This document shows, in pieces, positions 27,601 through 32,010 of a stretch of 32,010 nt of DNA (positions are counted from its first letter, which is position 1; each line of letters starts with the position of its first letter). The stretch covers positions 1 through 32,010 of the forward strand of contig JAZDCZ010000330.1 of assembly GCA_036679605.1 (NCBI GenBank), given 5' to 3'. The notes beneath the pieces are model-generated. The model was not told where the DNA came from. It ran no database searches and saw only the letters and a program-made list of their open reading frames with translations. Source of the stretch: Gemmatimonadota bacterium. Lineage in GTDB: Bacteria > Gemmatimonadota > Gemmatimonadetes > Gemmatimonadales > GWC2-71-9. The position numbers were made by a program, and so were the translations under genes.

Positions 27601-28076
27601 GACAGCAGGGACAAGATGGCCAGGGACAACAGGGTCAAGGAGGACAAGGGCAGCAGGGGCAGGGCGGCCGCCAGGGTGGGCAGGGAGCTGCTGGAGGGCC
27701 TTTGGGTGGTGGTGGGCCTGGTAACATAGCACCAGGTGACGCTCGGCAATTCGGCCGTGAACTTCGAGAGCGGCAGAACGATCTCAATCAATTGCGAGAG
27801 GAACTGCAGCGCCAAGGGGTCGATGTCGGAGACCTGGACAACATTATCACAGGGTTGCGGGATTTTGTCCGCAGGCCGATCGGCGACCCGCGTGGGTTGG
27901 ACAAACTCGAATCTCAGGTCATACAGGGGCTCAGGGAATTCGAGTACGCTCTGCGCCGCCAATTCGAGGTGGGCGATGGCCAGCGTCTGTCCCTCTCAGG
28001 CTCCGACGATGTGCCTGAGGGGTACCGGAAGCTGGTCGAGGAGTACTACAAGGCGCTTTCCAAGAGAAGGAACTAG
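24615..28076 (+). CDS. Large membrane-anchored coiled-coil protein (DUF4175-like)
   Basis: Three N-terminal TMs, Ig-like middle region (YHFPAYTG, DMPP, AEDDYGL), long coiled coils with Gly/Gln linkers, C-terminal VPEGYRKLVEEYYKALS. Confidence 0.8.
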   Translation: MRMLFEASSHQDLMRIIRLVRLRWRLRIALRGLALLVALGLLAFLISAYGMDRFRFTPAAVTVFRIVTYATLAAVAVRFLLMPLLRRVSDQQVALYLEEHEPTLNGQVLSGVEFGANENQSEQLGHSKQMVQRLIRNAIESCFVVEEGRRVERKGLVRSSGLLAGATAVGMMFVLLNPGFIRNSVPFLLSPLGGTNANPYRVEVSPGDTALARGADLRITAQLSNFTSDEVDIAVKRGDDGQWERLPMTVDEETGRHLLLLFDLDVQTEYFVEASGVRSPLYRITVSDLPYVDRIDLEYHFPAYTGLSPQRQENSGDIAVLAGTRVILQVTPTMSVASGVLVFEETDTLALELEETGSLSGSFRVRREGLYKILLEDARGNLIVASPDYTVDLLNDMPPSISFAKPGRDIKVTSIEEVFSEVKAEDDYGLAKLELIFSINGQAEDTVELFSGGGARKQVSAGHTFYLEETELEPGDFVSYYARASESAHRGGAKVSTTDIYFMEVRPFDWEYRQADAQGGQGGGGGMGSGLSERQRDIIAATFKMVRDREQYSETDYRENLSTLALAQGRLREEVQTLVRRIGTRGIVELDSSFQTVAEALPRAVDEMQGAEERLGERKPNEALSPEQRALKFLQRAEAAYRESQVSRGGGGGGGGGSQANAEELADLFDLEMDKMRNQYEQVERGQRQQVDNEIDEALQKLKELARRQQQENERARARQQQQAEQSGGGGGGGDAMRRSADESDELARKLERLAREESRPELEEVARTLREAADAMRKAAASMRNGNVGQGTRALDRLREARRLLDKNRSAGLQRDAEDALRRTERLAQQQREIIDDVKGLDNGSGRADQLSRLIERKTEMAEEVADIEMQLDRVGRESQREQKDAARELRGAAKSIRDNKLKEKIQYSRGVIQGRSSEYAEAFEEQIGSDIEELRRRIEDGVNSIGESDESKIGRALDRTRDLVNSLESLDDRLRERTGQQGQQGQQGQQDQQGQQGQDGQGQQGQGGQGQQGQGGRQGGQGAAGGPLGGGGPGNIAPGDARQFGRELRERQNDLNQLREELQRQGVDVGDLDNIITGLRDFVRRPIGDPRGLDKLESQVIQGLREFEYALRRQFEVGDGQRLSLSGSDDVPEGYRKLVEEYYKALSKRRN
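27555..27686 (+). repeat. Low-complexity (GQQ)n coding repeat
   Basis: GQQGQQGQQGQQDQQGQQGQDGQGQQGQGGQGQQGQGG, encoded by degenerate 9-nt units. Confidence 0.85.
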
Positions 28077-28118
28077 CGCGGTCTAGGACTGTTCTCGGCG
28101 GGCCCCCCTGAGGCTATT

Positions 28119-29963
28119 TCACCAAGCGATCCCGTAGTCCTCACCATAAGTGCTCGACCCGCCCCAGAAAGTCCCATGCTCGCGATCGAAGAAGATCGCG
28201 TTGATGGGTCCCGAAGTCAGCCGCCGAAAGTTCAGGTCGTAGCCCATTGACGTAAGGGTCGCACGGATGAACGGAGGGAGCGACTCGTTTGCCGTCATCC
28301 GTCCCGGACGTGACTCATGGGCACCGAACGAACTCCTTACCTGGAAGCTGTTGATGTTCGCCGCCTCGGCCGCCTGCTGAACATTCATGTCGAACTCCAC
28401 CACGTTCAGGAAGAATTGCAGCAGGTTCTGATCTTGGGTGTCGCCCCCCTGGACCGCAAACGCAAGGAACGGTTTGCCATCCTTCAACGCCAGGCTGGGC
28501 GTGAGCGTGGCCCGCGGCCGTTTTCCCGGCTCCACGACATTGTATGGGTTTTGCGACTCGTCCAGCACAAAGCTCTGCATTCTCTGGCTCATCCCTACTC
28601 CCGTGCGCCCCGCGAGCGTGGCGGGTATCCAGCCACCGCTGGGAGTAATCGAAACGACCCAACCTTCTTCGTCAGCGGTCTCAATCGACGTCGTGCCCGC
28701 AAGGAAACCCTCCTCAAAGGCCTGGTCGTCCTGAGACTCCGAACCACCTGACGTAGCCGGGGCGACGGGCCCCCACTGTTGGAGGAGATGCTTGAAGGGA
28801 TTCGCCCTGCCCTCGAATGGATAGGGGTCGCCCGGCATCACATCTGGGTCGTTGCGCTCCCAATTGATCTCCGCAAACCTTGCCTTGGCGTAGTCCTTGG
28901 AGAGCAGGCCCTTGATGGGCTCTTCGGGTGGGAAATACGGGTCGCCGTAGTAGAAGTCCCTGTCGGCAAATGCGAGGTTCATGGCCTGATACAGCGTGTG
29001 GATATAGCGTGCGCTGTTATATCCCATCGACTTGAGGTCAGCGTTCTCCAAAATGTTCAGGGCCTGAAGCAGCACAGGACCCTGTACCCAGTTGGTGAGC
29101 TTGTATACTTCGATTCCCTTGTAATTGGTGTGTACCGGCTCCTCGATGTAAACCTGCCAGTTGGCGAGATCGTCCATTGTATGCAGGCCTCCCTGTTCCT
29201 GAGAGCCTCTGACATACTCCTCGGCAATATCTCCCTTGTAGAACCGATTGTAGGCGGCGTAAATGGCCTCCTTGCGGCTCTTGCCGTTCTTCAGCGCCTG
29301 CTGTTCGGTCTCTACCAATTTTCCGAGCGTGTTAAGCAGGTCGGGTTGTCTAAAAATCTCTCCTGCGTAGGGGGCCTCGCGGTCCTCACCGGGGTGCGTC
29401 AGAAAGACCTCTTTGGAATAGGGCCACTCTCTGATCCGGTCCTTTTGCCGCTCGATCGCGTCGGCTGTCTGTTTCTCTATGGGATAGCCCTCCGCCATCT
29501 GCATTGCCGGTTGGAGCACCTCTTTCAAGCTGAGCGTTCCATATTCGGCCAACATCACCATTAGACCACCGGGAGTGCCCGGTGTGACGGCAGCCAGGGG
29601 TCCATATTCCGGGGGGAAGGGCATTCCCTTGTTCCGGAAGAATTCCGGCGTGGCTCCGGTCGGCGCGACACCTAACGCATTTATTCCGTGGACTTGACCG
29701 GTGTTTGGGTCATAGATCAAGGCTTGGGTTTCACCGCCCCAGCTCAGGACATCGAACATGGTGGCGGTGGCAGCCAGCATTGCGGTGGCGGCGTCCACTG
29801 CGTTGCCGCCCCGCTGGAAGATCATGGCTCCGGCGGTAGCACCCAGAGGTTTGCCGGTTATCGCGACCCAGTGCTTGCCGTGCAACACGGGCTTAACAGT
29901 TCGCTGGGCGAGTGCGGTTGTTGGAAGCAGCAGAAGACCGGTCAATACAAGGGCACGCCACAT
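28119..29963 (-). CDS. Gamma-glutamyltransferase-family Ntn hydrolase (exported)
   Basis: GGNAVDAA, LAFADRDFYYGDP, catalytic Thr in GTTSIETAD, PGKRP, GGDTQ, and a signal peptide. AGGAGA SD. Confidence 0.9.
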   Translation of the reverse strand: MWRALVLTGLLLLPTTALAQRTVKPVLHGKHWVAITGKPLGATAGAMIFQRGGNAVDAATAMLAATATMFDVLSWGGETQALIYDPNTGQVHGINALGVAPTGATPEFFRNKGMPFPPEYGPLAAVTPGTPGGLMVMLAEYGTLSLKEVLQPAMQMAEGYPIEKQTADAIERQKDRIREWPYSKEVFLTHPGEDREAPYAGEIFRQPDLLNTLGKLVETEQQALKNGKSRKEAIYAAYNRFYKGDIAEEYVRGSQEQGGLHTMDDLANWQVYIEEPVHTNYKGIEVYKLTNWVQGPVLLQALNILENADLKSMGYNSARYIHTLYQAMNLAFADRDFYYGDPYFPPEEPIKGLLSKDYAKARFAEINWERNDPDVMPGDPYPFEGRANPFKHLLQQWGPVAPATSGGSESQDDQAFEEGFLAGTTSIETADEEGWVVSITPSGGWIPATLAGRTGVGMSQRMQSFVLDESQNPYNVVEPGKRPRATLTPSLALKDGKPFLAFAVQGGDTQDQNLLQFFLNVVEFDMNVQQAAEAANINSFQVRSSFGAHESRPGRMTANESLPPFIRATLTSMGYDLNFRRLTSGPINAIFFDREHGTFWGGSSTYGEDYGIAW

Positions 29964-30037
29964 AGTCTGTCTCCTCAGGGTTGCGTTAGACGCGACGGCG
30001 TCTCTAGCTCAAAAGATAAGCGAAGGACGTAGGCGCG

Positions 30038-30715
30038 CTACAGCTGCGGGGCCTCGATCCATGCGGTCATGGTCTCAACCAGCTCTGCCATCACTTCGTC
30101 TGCAGTACGATCGCTGTGCTTTAAAACCTTGAACGAGTGATCTCCGCCCTCGATCACGTGGAGCTTTGCCCCGGGCCCGAGTTTGTCGATCACCGGAATA
30201 AGTAGGTCCAGGTCGGCGAGCTTGTCGCGCGTCCCCTGTAGAAACAGCATCGGAGGGTCAACATCTTTGAGATGACGGGATCGGCTGTCTCCAGGCTTGT
30301 TCGCGGGGTGGAGGGGAAACCCCAGGAACACCAGTCCGCGGACTCCGGCTAGCGGCGTTTTCGACGCCGCCAGAGAAGTCATGCGGCCGCCCATCGACTT
30401 GCCGCCGGCCAGGAGTGTCAGGTCGCGTGCGGCAGCGGCCGCTTGTGCGACGGCCGAGCGAACGGTGTCCTCCAGGATGGCGAGCGGATCGGGGAGCCGC
30501 CTCCCTATTTCCATGTAGCGGAAGTTGTACCTGAGCGTTGCGATGCCGCGCTCGGCCAGCAACTGCGCGAATGTTGCCATGAATGGATGTCGCATGTCCG
30601 CTCCGGCTCCATGACCCATGACATAGAGGGCCTTTGCTCCCGGCGGTCGGACGAGCAGGGCCGAGACCCGCTCGGGTCGTCCCCCGATGGCAAACGACAG
30701 TTCCTGTTCGTTCAC
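30038..30715 (-). CDS. Alpha/beta hydrolase (KANL3/Tex30-like)
   Basis: HGAGA, GGKSMGGR, GFPLHP, QGTRD, GGDHSF. Confidence 0.88.
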   Translation of the reverse strand: MNEQELSFAIGGRPERVSALLVRPPGAKALYVMGHGAGADMRHPFMATFAQLLAERGIATLRYNFRYMEIGRRLPDPLAILEDTVRSAVAQAAAAARDLTLLAGGKSMGGRMTSLAASKTPLAGVRGLVFLGFPLHPANKPGDSRSRHLKDVDPPMLFLQGTRDKLADLDLLIPVIDKLGPGAKLHVIEGGDHSFKVLKHSDRTADEVMAELVETMTAWIEAPQL

Positions 30716-30791
30716 TCAATGCGCTGCATCAAGAGTGCAAGCGGAGCAAATCCGTGTCCGAGTGAATGATCCGCGGTAGCTCGTTCGTGCG

Positions 30792-32010
30792 TTAGCGGCG
30801 GAAAGCTACCGGAGCAATACCGGGGCTGAACGGACCCACTTCGAAGTCCACCGCGCTCGTGTGGGTCCGTTGGAGTATGGCCTGTCCGTTCGTCCTGAAT
30901 CCCGCTACGCGGCGGTGTGTCGATACAGCAGCATTAGTTGGCGGCAGAAAATATCCTTCCACCCGGTCAAATCTCACGTTGACCATGCGACGACATTCCG
31001 TAAACAAGTTACCAATTGACGGACTGCGAAATGTGGCGACGTCGATGATCTTGTCAGCCGGGTAACGTGCCCATGCCCTGGGGCTGCCAGACGCATCATT
31101 AGGATCTAGCTCAACAGGCAGCCCGGCGATATCCACTGGTTCGGCAATGAATGGCACCTCACTCGGGGTCAGGGGAAAAAACAAGACACCGTGCCCGAGC
31201 AAGAACGGTTCCAGGCCCACGTCGATCATATTGGGCACGGCCGGGTTATCCACGTCCGCGTTGCCGAAGAACTCGAAATCCGCTCCACTCAGGTCGATCG
31301 TTCCCTCCACCAGTGTGGTGTGATCTATCCCATCCGTCGCTACTACCACCGCGGCACCCGGAGCAAGCGGATGCTCGGTACCCGAGCCGGGAAACGCGTG
31401 CATATGGCGCGCAAAGATACCCAGGGGTTCGTCTCGTAACTGGACGTCATCGCCGCAGGGTCGAAGCGTGAAGTCATAATTTATGCTCCATCCGGCGCCA
31501 AAGATCTTGCCGTCCAGGAAAATCGTCGAGGCACTGTTATTGTAGATCTCCACATAACCACCAAAATGGTAGATGGTGCTCGTTCCCGGAGGTACAATGG
31601 CGGTAAAATACCACTCGCTGATCACCAGGGATCCTGGTTGGTCGGGCGAGAGTTCCAGCACCGCCTGCTGGGGTCCTCCTGTGACCGGAAACTTGCCGCC
31701 GCCACCCAGGACACGCACGTTCCAGCCCCGCTCGGCCGCCGTGAGCACCCGGCTCGCCCATGCCTTGTACTCGCCCGGCACCAGATTTTCGATGCCGGCC
31801 GATCCCGTTTCGTCGGTTCGCAGGGTGTCGCGCTGGGTTATCACCCCTCCGCGCTGCAGAATCACTTCAGCGCCAGGAACTCTACCGTCCGTCCAACCGA
31901 GCGCCTCAGCCAATCCAAGACTAGCGGAGTCCAACATCAGCGTCATGCTGAGCCCGGGCTTTGGCACGTCGCCAGGCTCACCGGGCGCCGTTCCTGGATC
32001 GACGAGCTGA
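30792..32010 (-). CDS. DUF4876 domain protein, 5'-partial (frame open to the window edge)
   Basis: LVISEWY, YVEIYNNS, FPGSGTEHPLAPG, IDH, DLSGADFE, DVDNPAVPNM, TSAVDF. Upstream of the ORF-track start the frame continues without a stop (QLVDPGTAPGEPGDVPKP). Confidence 0.75.
   Translation of the reverse strand, partial: QLVDPGTAPGEPGDVPKPGLSMTLMLDSASLGLAEALGWTDGRVPGAEVILQRGGVITQRDTLRTDETGSAGIENLVPGEYKAWASRVLTAAERGWNVRVLGGGGKFPVTGGPQQAVLELSPDQPGSLVISEWYFTAIVPPGTSTIYHFGGYVEIYNNSASTIFLDGKIFGAGWSINYDFTLRPCGDDVQLRDEPLGIFARHMHAFPGSGTEHPLAPGAAVVVATDGIDHTTLVEGTIDLSGADFEFFGNADVDNPAVPNMIDVGLEPFLLGHGVLFFPLTPSEVPFIAEPVDIAGLPVELDPNDASGSPRAWARYPADKIIDVATFRSPSIGNLFTECRRMVNVRFDRVEGYFLPPTNAAVSTHRRVAGFRTNGQAILQRTHTSAVDFEVGPFSPGIAPVAFRR

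Noticed and set aside
27555..27686. Possible CRISPR or phase-variable repeat
   Set aside because: Degenerate in-frame 9-nt coding units with no repeat-spacer structure and no cas genes.
13162..29564. Long antisense ORFs (e.g. 13162-13923, 16410-17024, 28779-29564)
   Set aside because: Shadow frames of well-supported genes, as expected in GC-rich DNA. No motifs seen.

Overview
Gene-dense, GC-rich bacterial window. Gene content (DUF4159/MoxR/BatA cluster, VPS10-type hydrolase, Vgb-like propeller, DUF4876) is compatible with Gemmatimonadota or a similar lineage; this is inference only. Contents in order: a cold-shock gene with an elaborate upstream non-coding region; a PAS-PAS membrane protein with no output domain; exported beta-propeller proteins; mmuM plus an esterase; an AhpD/CMD-like peroxidase; an S9 peptidase; a serine hydrolase; an FMN reductase; a translationally coupled 9-gene MoxR/vWA/DUF58/BatA/DUF4159/TPR-peptidase operon (~15 kb); a GGT-family Ntn hydrolase; an alpha/beta hydrolase; and a 5'-truncated DUF4876 gene. 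Three signals are missed by the ORF track. (1) The two short minus-strand ORFs at 9069-9650 form one reading frame interrupted by an in-frame TGA in a C-Y-Y-U motif and followed by a SECIS-like hairpin, so they are probably one selenoprotein. (2) Upstream of csp there is a stand-alone sigma70 promoter-to-terminator unit of ~80 nt (candidate sRNA or attenuator) and an 8-codon uORF whose stop codon overlaps the csp Shine-Dalgarno. (3) A 50-aa Arg-rich, single-TM protein with its own RBS lies at 12116-12268. No rRNA, tRNA, CRISPR array or mobile element was seen.
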